From Paragordius varius (Eukaryota; Animalia; Nematomorpha), in contig OZ176054.1 in the NCBI GenBank assembly GCA_964247055.1, forward strand, positions 6,820,001 to 6,884,000: a DNA stretch of 64,000 nucleotides, in the 5' to 3' direction. Below are positions 43,646 to 56,692 of this stretch, piece after piece. Under the pieces are notes generated by a model, which saw only the letters and a list, made by a program, of their open reading frames with translations, was not told the origin of the DNA and did not search any database. Position 1 is the stretch's first letter. Each line of letters begins with the position of its first letter. Both the position numbers and the translations under genes were made by a program.

Positions 43646-43898
43646 GAGACGACCCCCAAATCTAAAATTTATAATTTATATTGTTTTACTTTTATAAATA
43701 GTTTATTATATATTTTTAGTGATATTTTTTGGAAAGCATCTAACTTTCACCAAAAAAATTTTATTTTAACAAAATATGCGCAAACTTTGCTATTTTCTGA
43801 TATGAAGCAGTTACAAAAGTCTTTATAACCTCTCAAAACACTCATAAGGCCGCAACAGCACCATAATAATCTTTATACACTTTTTTATCAGTATAAAT

Positions 43899-45572
43899 CA
43901 AGGCTTCTTAAACTATGGGTCGCGGGTGATAAAATTAAAATTTAACAAAAAATATTAATCTATATATTTATAAAAATGGAAAATGCGGCTTTGTAATCTG
44001 TTTCCAAACCAGTGGACCCATTCGAATCCAAATGTTGAAAAAATATAATCATTGATGAATGCCCCGACAATAGCTTCGTCTTTTTTTGAATTAGACCCCC
44101 AGTTCGGGCCCACCCCTTGTAAAAAACCGGTTTTTTTGAAAAATTGTGTCTTTGAGACAATTTTCCTGAAATCGTGTTAAATCATTCGATTTCAAATATT
44201 TTTTTTACTTATTTTCATTCTCAATTGCGCCGAACATAGTCGGCTCGCCTTTTCAATTTCGGCCCTCTTTTTACCCCCTCCACCCGTAAAATGCCATTTT
44301 TTTCAAATTTTCACAAAAATAATTTTTTGAATCTATTTTTCGCCCAAAGTATGAGACCCTAAAAATTCAATAAGGATTCCAGATATTCCCTGTTAAAAGG
44401 CAAATATTTTAGTCGACGTGGCTTTTGGGTAGGGGGCTACCTGCCAACAACTGGGCCACCATATTGATACAGCGTGACTTTGGAGGCAAATTTTAGAAAG
44501 CTTATCAGGCCATATAAGTTCAATAAGGGCTTGAAATATTACCTTAAAAAGGCAAAAATTTGATTGGAGCGGTTTTATTAAATTACCCCTTAATTAGGCC
44601 CTTGCCCTGAAAAATGCGCCACCATAGAATGACTTTTTGGTTTTGGGGCACCACGAGAGCATATGGAATCAGTCATGATTCCAGGTAATAACCGAATTAA
44701 GGGAAAAAAATCGAGCGTTTTTTTGTTTCGCTCCTGGTTAGAGGCTACCCGCGTAAAACTGCGTCACCATCTCGATACAGCATGCCTTTGGAGCCAAATT
44801 TCAGAAAACCTATGAGTCTAATAGGAACAATGGATTCCATGATAATTCCAGATAATCCCCGTATGAAGGAAAAAATTTTAACCAGCGCTTTTTTATACCT
44901 GCCCTGGGTTAGGAGCTACCCTCCAAAAACTGCGCCATACTATATAGAAATTGCTTTGTTTGGAGCTAATTTACAGAAAATTATGAAGCCATATGAGCTC
45001 ATTAAAAGCTTGAAATATTATCCGTAACTAGGTAAAAAAATCAGGCGTTTTTTTATTATCCGTTAATTTGGGGCCTTTATGCCCTAAAAATACGCCCTCA
45101 TATACGATAATTTAGTGTTGAGGTATTTTTTTCGAAAACCCATGATACGATGGTATCAAAGATAATTCCAAATATTTGCCCTATAAAGGCAAAGACTTTA
45201 ACTCAGCGCTTTTTCCATATAGGTATATGGGTAGGGGTCTAACGGTTTAAAACTGAGACGCCATACAAAATTGGCGTGGTTTTGGAGCTAATTTTCAAAA
45301 AACTTAAGAACCAATACGAGTTCAGTTAAACACATTTCTGGGGAATTTGTATATTGTCATTCTTTCCTTTCCCATTAAAATATCTTTAAATTTACTATGA
45401 ATCAGAAGATGTTATAGATATGTAAATTTATTTTTTTCAATCGCTTAAAACCAAAATAATCCTAAAAAATATTATCAAACAAAATTTCTAGGCGTTTTTC
45501 AAATTGTTGGGTTCGTTAAGAGACTCGCTATCATAAATGGGGTCGGGAATTACAAAAGTTTAAGAAGCCCTG
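43899..45572. mobile_element. hAT (Charlie-like) MITE carrying a nested Helitron
   Basis: 16-bp TIRs CAAGGCTTCTTAAACT / AGTTTAAGAAGCCCTG (one mismatch) and a perfect 8-bp TSD GTATAAAT at 43891-43898 and 45573-45580. Confidence 0.9.
43959..45324 (+). mobile_element. Non-autonomous Helitron copy 3, 3'-truncated
   Basis: A|TCTATATATTTATAAAAATGG start, colinear with copy 1 to about GAGTTCA at 45324. Hairpin and CTAG are absent. Confidence 0.8.
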
Positions 45573-46930
45573 GTATAAATAATTTTTCAAGCCCTCGATT
45601 TTGTGTTGTTAAGTTTTTTTCTCACATACTAGAAGCTTTTTAATTTTGTTTGAAAAAGCGTTTATATGGATAGATTAAATAAAAATTATCTTAAATATTA
45701 CAAACAATTTTATATTAAATATTATTAATGTATTATATTGGTTTATGGATTAATTACGTATGTTTAAAGCAGCGTTAATTTTTTAAACGGTTACTGGCTT
45801 TGATTTTTCATATTAATGTTCATAACATAGTTTTAAGAATATTTATTCAACTCATATTTTATACAAATGCCTATTACAGATAAAATGGAAACAAACTCAC
45901 CTACAAGCATATAAAAAGTGGAGTCAAGCATCTAATATCTGATTTAAAGTTTTTCTTGGGTTTGTTTTCAACAATGCTAAACAGTATTTATTAAAATTGT
46001 TAATTTAAATAGTTAATAATGCATATTATACATTTCCCAACATAATTCACACACTACACACAATAACAAAACAGCAATGCAATTTATTTTATAGATTAAT
46101 CCGATGATATTCTAATTTTTTTCAATATCTTTAGTAAACTACTTTCACAAATACACCAGAATAGTTTGTTTTAAATTTAAACAAAACAAACAACGTTTTA
46201 CCATAATATGGCTACAATGATTTATAACTATATATATGTATGGCATTTATGATATTATAGGCTTTTGATAATTTCTCACCTAGTTACTTATTTTTTACCA
46301 TATTCCAGAGACAATGGAAGCTGGGAAAAGTTTTTTTACATAGTTTAAAGAACAAAGAATTTATTAAAGTAAACGAACGGTGTGTTCAGCATTGTGTGTT
46401 TTATTTTTCAATTAGTTGCTGCACCTAATGTGTGGCTCTTTTGCTCGATTATTTTTTAAAACACTCGTTTTGTTATATTTACCATTTTTACACTAGTCCC
46501 ATTAAATACAACCAACTCTATATATGTATGATATCTACATTTTATTTTAAGTATCTGTAACAATTAATACACATATTTTATATGACTAAAACTTACAATG
46601 CAAAACACTTTTAGGCCGGTTTTTTCGCCCCTCTAGTAAAAAAATATTGATCCGGTTTTAATCCATTTTAATTTCAATGCACGAAATGGCGATTTTACGA
46701 TCATTATTTTGAATATTTAATTCGATTTCATATGATTTTTTAAAATGTTCATTTATAAATAATAAATTTATAATCAATCAATGCATAAAATCACGTTTTG
46801 TATATTTATATACTAAAAATTATTTATACATCATCCTTTATTTTGTTTAACAAATTATTAAATTTACCGGTTTTAAATATATATCATGGCCTGGTGAGTT
46901 TTATCTATAAAATATAATTATTTCAAAGTG

Positions 46931-46934
<4 letters not shown>

Positions 46935-46970
<36 letters not shown>
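46935..46970. repeat. (AT)18 microsatellite
   Basis: Perfect AT tract. Confidence 0.95.
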
Positions 46971-46973
<3 letters not shown>

Positions 46974-48085
46974 TTATTGTGTTGATTACTGATTTATCAA
47001 TAGCATTTTAATCCAATCTATCTATATTATGTAATTACTATATATATATACATATAATATGATCATTAGATTAATATAATTATATAATAACCACCATATA
47101 TATAAAAATTTATATCCAATTCTTATTTATTTTTTTATATTATTAAATTGTATACTTATTTTATATAAAAATATATATATCTATCTATTAAGAGAGTATA
47201 TTATAAAATTATTATATCTGATGGTATTTAATATAATAATAAATTGTATGATTAAATTTATATGCTTTAATTTATTCACCTTAAACAATTTTAATAAACC
47301 TTGAAAATAGGTTTGCTCCAATAGATCATAATTGAACGATAGCGAAAAATGCGCCTCGGACCTCAATGAATATTTTATATTATAGGATAAAAACTGTTGT
47401 TTGGAAATAAAATAACTAACGGCTAACTTATTTATAATATAATATACCCCTCTCGTTTTCTAATAAAATTTAATCAAGATTTTTTAATGTTCAATCCTAA
47501 AAATTTAAATTATAATTTTTTTATTAAAAAGCTTGTCCACCGCTCCATTTCAAGACTGGATGCAGTGTATAACCAAATTACATGTTAAACAAATACTTTA
47601 ATTAAGATAGATTATGTAGTCCATTGAGTCTGATTCACTACATCAGCCAATTATATATGTAAAAAATTGTTGTTTTAGGACAAAATTTCAACTTATGTTA
47701 CTAGCGAAATTAAATTTATTCACTGGCTAAACTTTAAATAAAAATCAGGCTCATCCCATATATATGATCTGAAAAGTCCTAATTATTTTTTGAAAAAAAC
47801 AATAATAAATATCGAATTCTTATTTTTGGGATGTATTGATTTGCAGTATTAATTAACTATGACCGCAAATGACTACATTTAAAAAGCTATTAGGATCGGC
47901 TGTCGAGCACCCACAAAAAATTATATATTTCAAACCTATAATCCATAATAATAATTGTCAAAATTTTATTGTATGTCACAAATAGTTACATATCATCAAT
48001 TATAAAACACATGCAACTATGTATCAACATTATAATGAAGAAAAATATAAAACAAAGCAAGAATATAATTGTCCAAATTAACTAA

Positions 48086-49324
48086 CTACGTCTGATATTG
48101 CACGAATCCGCTAGTGTTTTCAATAAATCGAATATAAAATCGAATCATATCCATATAACTCTTAACACGAATTCGTTCATTTATTCCATGAATGCCTTTG
48201 ATATCCGTCATGGGCATTACAACCGGTGAAAATCTATTAAGGTGTTATTAATATATAATTAATTTATAAGTGTATTAATTAGGAGTTTTTAATTATAAGA
48301 TTTTAATCCACACTCAAATATATCAAATGTTCTAAAAAATAACTTTTAGATAATAACATAAATAGCTCTAAAAGTTTTATAAAAAAATTTGGGAGCTTTG
48401 GAATGTATTAACTTAATATAATATTCTCGATATTAATATAAAAAAATTTTGGCTGTTTAACTCCATATTGTAAAATATCATAGGCAAAAAGCCGATCATA
48501 ATAATATCTCTTAAAACTTTTAAATAATTCCAAATGTATAATGTACATCCTTTACCCTATCCAAAAAATTTGGTCTAGCTAACAAAACGTATAAACTGAC
48601 GCCAAAAATTAGCGCACTACAAAAAAATTTTATATCAACTTATTCAAATGTGTTTACTATAAAAACAAATTTCGGATTATGTTATGTTAGGAAATTTTAT
48701 TGACAAAGTTAATATATTTAACAACAAAAAATATTTCAACTTCCTGAAACTTAAAATATTCTTTAATGAAAGCAGTTTAATTCATTTGATCAAATCAAAT
48801 GCTATCTAATAGGTGAGTAGGTAATGGCGAGGGTTTGTAACGTAAACGATGTGGAAATCGTTGTATTACATAAAAATAAAATATAATTTATAGGTTCTTA
48901 AATTTTCGTCATAGGCAACATCAGGAGTAAAAAATATATATACAACACAATGAAATTTAATTAAAAAATGAACAAAATTTCCCATTTAAGTAGTATCAAT
49001 TATGATTTTGTTCAATTTTTAATCTAATTTTTATTGTGTTGTATATATATATATATATAGATATATAGATATTATGATGCCTATAGCGAAAATTTGAGAG
49101 CGTCTCTGTTATAGATACCTAATAGTATAAATGGGGTCGAGTTAGGCCTATATGTTTTAAAAGTAATTTTATGTATATGGGTATTTGACATGTAAAATAA
49201 AAGTGGATAACTTTTCTACATTATCTTACCTGTATATGTCGAGGGCCAAGTTTATAAAATGTTTAGAATCTGTTCCGCCAGGAAGAATAACTAAAAACAA
49301 AAAATATGTATATTGATTATATTA

Positions 49325-49368
<44 letters not shown>

Positions 49369-52300
49369 CCGAAGGGCCACATTCGTAAAATATGTGTGGC
49401 ATTCACGAATAATTTATTAGAAAAGTATGTTTAAAAAATCAACTTAATTAAAATTCTCGTGAGCCAAAGAAATATTTTGAAGGGCCGCATCCTGATGTAC
49501 AAAATGTTACTAGATAAATATTTACCATATTACAATTTAAAAAATTATAAAATTTAGTAAATCCCCGATCAAAAGCCAATTATAATAAAATCTAACTGAT
49601 TATTATTATCTATTTTAACACCATTTATTTAGTAGAACACACAATGTAAATTTGACTATTTTTTTCAAAAATATATGGACATATATACTTGGAACAACGG
49701 GCGTTTGCTCAAACATATCTCCAATCGTTTTCCGTAAATAATAATATCCCGTATAAAGAAGGGGGATTTCATCATCAGTATGAATGGCAACAGTTTGATC
49801 CGATTTTATAGTAAAAGTATCACAGCAATTAGAAATGGGTATGTGTGGGACAGTTGATTCCGCCTCCAAATGTACTCGTTTATCACCAATGACATTCTCA
49901 CATTCTGTCATAATCTAGCAAAATTTAAAAAAGGAGATGATTAAAAAATAAGTCATAAATGGGCGTCAGAAAAAAAGATAGTTAACAATTTATATAGAGT
50001 TACCAATTTTTTTATAAATATTACAAATAAATATATTGTTTTAAGTTCCATTACTAATTTAATATATTTTTAGGTTTTTAATTTACATTCGACAAATATT
50101 ACTAGTAATAGCCAAAAATTCAGGTTTGATATAAATTCAATTATTTACAAATTTAAATAATTTCAATTATTAAAATTTTCTTTCACTGCCAGTTAGATAA
50201 ATGGAGCTTATTAAAAGACGCATCTAATATGGTTGTCTAAGGATAAATATTCAGTTAAGATTGATTGCTATAAAAATAAAACTCCAAAAATTATAGAAAA
50301 ACAAAAAGAAATTTACATTGGGATAGTCTGTATTTAATGCGAGGACTTTTATTTAGTCAATCTAATTAATTAATAATTAATTTATGTAAATACAATGTTT
50401 GTTTGTAGTATGGGTATAAGTGTAAATAACTGCATTGACAAATGCAGCCAGGTCAGTCCAATATTAAAAAATAAAAAAAATGTTGATTCAACGAAAATTG
50501 GGAAATATTATGATTTTCTAAATTGGCCTTTAGTTATAAATGATTAAAATTTGCAATGTATCCTGCGAGGCCATGTATTTTATTACATCAATTAGTATGA
50601 TGATTTCAATTTATAAAAACCAAAAATAATAAGTTTCAGCCAAATACCTCAAAAGAGTCTATACGCATTTAAAAATATTAAACAATAATATTTTGGCGAG
50701 ATACACAAGATTAAAGTTTTTTATCATTTTAATTCTACCTCAGAAATAGTTTGAGTTGGATAGACCCTAATGTTAACGGTGGCCTGAGCCTCACTTGGGA
50801 CAATGTTATCTTTGAGACCTCCTTTGATCATGGTTATACAAGCTACTGTCCCAAATAAACTTGACACCAAGGAATTATATTTACATGCAAATCTATAATA
50901 AATATATAAAATTTTGAAAAATTTATATATCTTTCGTATATACCAACTAAAATTAAAAATTAATTTAGTTTTTTTGTAAAAATTACATGTCAACAACTAG
51001 TTGTGTCGTACTGATGATCAGTGTTAACAAGCAAGAAAATAGACTATGATTACTATTGAGAGGAGAATCAACGTATCAGTTATATTTTCTGTTTAAATAA
51101 CAGTTATTAATTTAAAGTTTATCCTTACATCACGGATTTGATGATAGAATTTTTATTTCCCCATTATGCCACATATACACAACCAAATATATTAATAGTT
51201 ATTTTTTATTTCTTTTGTTATTTAACACTTTTAAGATAGAAGCTTATTTACTTTTTTTTCGAGCAATATAACTTGACAATATTAATCACAAATTAAATAT
51301 TAATTAATTTATATCTTTTATCTTTCCATTTATTTAATCATGTAATTTATTAAATAAAAAATATTTCCTTGCCTATTATCAGAGACTATAGTAACCCCTT
51401 AATATATAATTATCCCTTCGAAAACTTTTATGTATTTCAATAACATAATACACAATATAACTGGTATATAAAAAAACAATATATTCCCAAAAAGATAAAA
51501 ACAAATTTATCTAAAAATAAATACTTGATTATAAATCCGGAACAAATATCACAATTAGCCAAAAAGATTGGCAAAAGAAGTGCTTTAACACGCTCAAAAA
51601 TACGTTGAAAGAAAGTACAATTAGTTATTTTCGATTTCGTACCACCAATATAGGGTATAAAGGAATCAAAAATGTGAGAAAGTGAAAACCCCCAACGATG
51701 TGGTCTAGCAAAAGTATGGGCATCGAGTCTGGCCAATGCAGACGACAAAATGGCGATCGCATTCGTTGATGAGGAGAGTGGAAAAATCTAACATATAATA
51801 ATATTATTTAAACACTTGAAAACAAACTATGTTCACATATCCTTTGACACCGATTGGGATGTATGAAACAGATACGTTATAAAATAAGGCTGGAGAAATC
51901 ATTTTCAAAATTTGCACACATATGTATATAACATTGGTGCATTTAAAAATAAAAAGGTATCTGTCTAAAATGACTTCATTATTTTACATTATATAGTATA
52001 ACTTAAAGCAAAAATTTATAGAACATTTTATGAATGCTAAATAAAATATTGCTAATTACTATTTTCTGTATTTTGCCTAAAAATATCCTATCAAATATAA
52101 AATACTTTATAATGATAAAATATTATTAAATGAAAATAAAAATTTAGATTATATGTAGCAAGCATGTGTTAACACCTAGATACAACATGTTTATTTCAGT
52201 CCTTCGATTCAAATTGGGGTCGTTAGGCCCAGGGTTTTTATTTAAAATTAAATATTTTAAACAATATGTAATAAATTTATACCACTGCAAAAGTTTGCAT

Positions 52301-55300
52301 TTATATAGGAATAATGAACAGAAATATACCAAAAAATTTATTTAAAAATATTTGATATTGTTTATTCAGAAATAAAACCAGGTAAAAATTTAGCCAACAT
52401 GAGTGTGCATGAGCTAAATATAAAAATAATGCAAAACCATTTTTTCAGTTTATATCAATGTTAAAAGGGATATTAATAAAAATATAAACTTAATAGCCTT
52501 AGAATCAAATGAACATGATATTTTGCAAAAATGTTGTGAAATAAAAATGGCGTCCAAGTAGTTTGATACGGAACTTTTTTTCCAAAACTATAATCTATAT
52601 GATAATTTGGCTCATTATAATTTTTATTAGGATAAAAGCATACATTTAAATTGGAACCGTTTCCTTCAGCAGTTTTTTAAATATCAATCTAAATATTGTC
52701 CTGGGTATTTAGATGTCCCAATTTAAATCAAAGTGTTAATTACAGAGCGCATTTTAATGGTTGCTTATTTCACTCTATAGTATGGCAATTTGCCACATAC
52801 ATAGTAGTGTATGGAAAAAAACATAATGATGAATAAACAATTATCCTTTCCTTACACTCCTGTGTTGCAAATTGCCATACTATAGAGTGAAATAAGCAAC
52901 CATTAAAATGCATACTGTAAAAATTAAGCTAAATAAAAATTTGGCAGGAATCCTTTCATAAAAAAAATTTTGTATAAAATTAGACAGAATAAGAAAAGTA
53001 CAAATACTAAAGAGTAAACTCGGTCACATGTTTAACTTTTAATAAGATGTTCTTTTATAAATAGAAAATTATATGATTTACCATTGATATAGTTATTATT
53101 AAATAATTAAATTTTTCATATACAAATTAACGCCAATGATATTTTAAACCACAATGTTTGATTAATAAATTATATATCATTAAATATTCTTAAACTTAAT
53201 GTAGATCGATCGCAGAAAATTGCCAAACGGTATAAAAAGATAATATAATCTTAAAATTATTTTAGAAAAACCTTATTAGCGTTTAATGCTTTTTGTGGTT
53301 GCGACGTTGATAGGCTAGAATGGCCTGGTTCAGTTTTTACCGTCATTTTTAACATACAGCTAATTTTTTCTGATATTCCGATTCTATAAAGTGCGTATAA
53401 GGACATTAATCTAAAGCTGTAAATTTTTTTATGATACAAATGATCCATAAAAAATTTGAAAACTTTTAACAACAAATTGAGTATATTAAAACTTTAAATG
53501 CTAATATTTCCATCAGAAAGATAAAACCATTATTGATTTGACATTTATATATAATTAAAGGATAAGGCTAAAATCTTATTCATGGATATAAAAATTATGG
53601 TAATATATATATAAGGTGAATTACGTAAAAAATATTAATCTAAACTTATTTTGTAAAAAACCCCAAGTATTTTAGAAATTCCTTGCTTATAATAACCCTT
53701 TTTTATATTTTGTTAAAAAATGTTAAATCTTATTTTATAATATTTAATGTTTTTAGACGAATTAAAAATAATTGAATATTGCGTTTAATGTTTTTAATTT
53801 GCTACGATATATCAAGAATATCCGCAAACTAGGTAGTGTGAAACGATATAAAAATTAAAAGGCTTGTATTTTAATAGATCCTTTTAAAGAAGTGCATGTT
53901 AGTTAGCATGAAGCCACTGTTAAATAAATATTATGGGATTACTAACAGTAAAAATTAACAAAAATTATTTATAAAATGGAAAACTTATAATGTATAAGTT
54001 AATCTATGTTAAAAAAATATTAACAATTTTACGTTTTTTTCATATTTTTTAATTTAAAGTGTAAATAATAAATTTCATGATATATGAAAATAAATCATAC
54101 ACTCCAACTCTAAGTTGTGGCATAGATTTGAAAACGTCGCAATATATACTCGTCCCTTCATCTACAATAAAGGCCAATGGTTTTTTCCATATATTTTCTT
54201 CGGTAATTTCTAAATATTCGTATTGTTATCCATTATTTAAAATGGCAGAAAAAATAGTGAAATATATACATTTTAGCCTATAACTTAGCTTTTATAAACA
54301 TTTTCAACTCCAAGCCATTTTAAATAATTATAAATTGTAAACTAAAAAAATATTTAATAATATTTACCGTGGTCATTTGGAATTTTATATTGCGTGTGTA
54401 AAAATTTTGAAATGTTTAAAGCACCATCTAAACCATTAACCTAAATACAATATTGTACATATATATATATATATATAAACGCATTTTTTGTGGCGTACAA
54501 AATATCTTGCAATAAAAAATTGCAAAAAAAGGTTGTGACAATGTGTTTGCTTAAATGCATAACGATTAATTATATAAAATAATTTTTTAATCAATTATGC
54601 CATTTGCATTTCAAATTTCTCAAACATTGGTTGCGTATCATAATTTATTGCATTTGTATATATTATCAATTGCTAATTATATATTTTGCTCTCTAAATTT
54701 AAGATTTTGTTGGAAATAATTTTTTCCGATTCAAAGGCATTTTACGTTTTACTGTTTTTAAATTTCAATATTTAGATCAGGCGTCAATCTGATAAAAATA
54801 AATTTTGGTAAGCTTTTAAAAAAATGGCTATTAATAAACTGTTTATAAGTATATTAGTTACAAATGATAGGAAGATGTATGATACAATAGATGATTAAAA
54901 TAAAAATGTCACAGGACCATGTCAAATATTAAAGGAGTAACTTGAAATATTTTGACATAAGGTGCAAACGATATCATGGTTTTAAAATTTAAATGCTACC
55001 TCTTCGTCATGACCAAAAGCTAAGAAAAATGATCTATATTTAGGTCTTAGACCATGTTCTATCATATATTCTAGTGTGGCAAAAAGTGAACACATAATGT
55101 GTTTGGCATCCAACGTTCCACGTCCATAAATATATGCGATTTCATCTATGTCATCTTTAAGATCTAAGGCAGTTTAATTATGAAATATGAAAATATATAT
55201 AAATTTTTTTGATATAAAAACAGGAATAACTGTACGTCATAATCAAAGACAATATTTAATCGTGTCTCCGAAACTGTACAGTTTTTATTCCTGTTTTTAT

Positions 55301-56151
55301 CCGGACATCCTACGAAAGAATTTATATTCATAATATTTATACATCGTGGTAATCTGAGGCGATTTTTTTACGTCACACATGCCCTTGTGTATAAAACTAA
55401 TGATTTTACAGATCATTAGAAAACTGGCCTTTGCTGTTAGCGCATTTTCATGCCCCAGCCAACACCGCAGGGGATAGGATCCGGACACGTAAGTATATAT
55501 ATCATATGTCGAAAATAGATTAGATATTCTAAAAAATCGTTTAAAGATTGGTTTAATATCGGTTTTACATATTTTTGGGGAAAAAACGTTTCCGGTTTTG
55601 GTTTAAAGATTTTTGCAAAATAAATTGTTTTCGGTTCTGGTTCCATCGTTTTTTTTTTGAGGAATGATTTTGCCAGTTATATTATTTAAAATTTAGAGAT
55701 TGCCTAATCATAACCGAAAAATATTAAATCACCGTATTATTATTATAAATTTAAATATAATAATTTTATAAATGCTAAATTTTTTAAAAAACCATAAAAA
55801 TAAAAAACGATATTTTTTAAATTAGTTAAAATCAGCAGTTTAAGTTCATAGCGGTTTACTCTGCAATTTTTAGAAAATTATTAATATTGCCTAAATATTT
55901 GAATGCATTTAATGCAAAAACCTCCATCATTTGATGATTCTTGGACCGTTTTCTTGACATTAAAAATTTTGGAAGCATATGGATTGCATTTCCATTCCTT
56001 AGAATTATTTTTGTAAGTTAAATTATCGTTTGGCAAATTATTGTTGTTATTTTTAATGCTTTTATCATTTTGGTCTTGAAAGGGTGCGGGGACGACGTCA
56101 GAATGTGCAATAAACATATACGGCTTATATTTCATATCGTTTATAAAATCT

Positions 56152-56192
<41 letters not shown>

Positions 56193-56614
56193 CTAAATTT
56201 AAAAAACCATGATCCGGATTCCGTTCTTCAAAATCTGAAACACATTTGAAAAGTAAACTGTAATTATTTATAGTATGAAATTGGATCCATTGTGTATTAA
56301 AAAGTAAAGGGTGATCTGACGTTAATAAATAAAAGCAAACTTTGTTTCACAACCTCAATAAAATGAGCCAATTCATCAATATTATATTTATGTTGCGAAT
56401 GTGATTCGGTTTTAATATTTATAATATCCATAAAATTTTTTAAACATTGCTCTTCATTCAGATCTGTAAAATTATAATTAAACTAACCTATTGGTTTTAA
56501 GAGAGTCTTGCTATTGGTAATTATCGAAGATATTTTTTTGTTAGCTTTAAAGATTAGGTAAATAATTGGTTGGAGTATCAATAAAAAGATTGCACTAATA
56601 ATATTGCCAATCAT
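48086..56614 (-). CDS. PM20D1: M20A-family peptidase, PM20D1/carboxypeptidase-S-like (about 631 aa, N-terminal signal or anchor)
   Basis: 13 phase-consistent GT-AG exons: 56614-56488, 56463-56341, 56315-56208, 56149-55922, 55163-55000, 54440-54368, 54209-54101, 53383-53272, 51787-51525, 50892-50739, 49914-49689, 49290-49230, 48233-48086. Motifs AHSDVVP, IYGRGTLDAK, AFGHDEE, IVDEG, GHSS, GGLKDNIVP, GGTDSKH and IHGINERI are present. Orthology to PM20D1 is inferred. Confidence 0.9.
48897..49098. repeat. Imperfect inverted repeat, part of a dispersed family also at about 1825-1945
   Basis: AAATTTTCGTCATAGGC...TACAACACAATGAAA mirrored by TTTTATTGTGTTGTA...GCCTATAGCGAAAATTT. Segment 48795-48925 resembles 1825-1945. 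Confidence 0.5.
52173..52735 (+). mobile_element. TTAA-family MITE, copy E (PM20D1 intron)
   Basis: TTAA|CACCTAGATACAAC...AATCAAAGTG|TTAA, 563 bp, homologous to the copies at 18-21 kb. Confidence 0.75.
52743..52917. mobile_element. 175-bp Tc1/mariner-like MITE
   Basis: TA|CAG...CTG|TA with perfect 44-bp inverted arms (52750-52793 and 52867-52910). Confidence 0.75.
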
Positions 56615-56692
56615 CGTAAAGATAAATTTATTAAATAAACCAGAACATTCACGTTTTCATGTCATGCTTTTCAAATTTTTAAATTTGGTTGT
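56615..56692. promoter_or_regulatory. Putative bidirectional promoter / 5'UTR region between PM20D1-like and TERT
   Basis: 78 bp between the two predicted divergent ATGs. No promoter motif was identified; the call rests on gene geometry. Confidence 0.5.

Noticed and set aside
55412-55488. Plus-strand exon-like segment (ACTAAT…TTACAG|…|GTAAGT) encoding NWPLLL, as a candidate TERT TEN exon
   Set aside because: Its end phase (1) does not fit the phase-2 TERT acceptors, and it sits among ATCCGGACA / CCGGTT motifs typical of a hAT-type repeat remnant.
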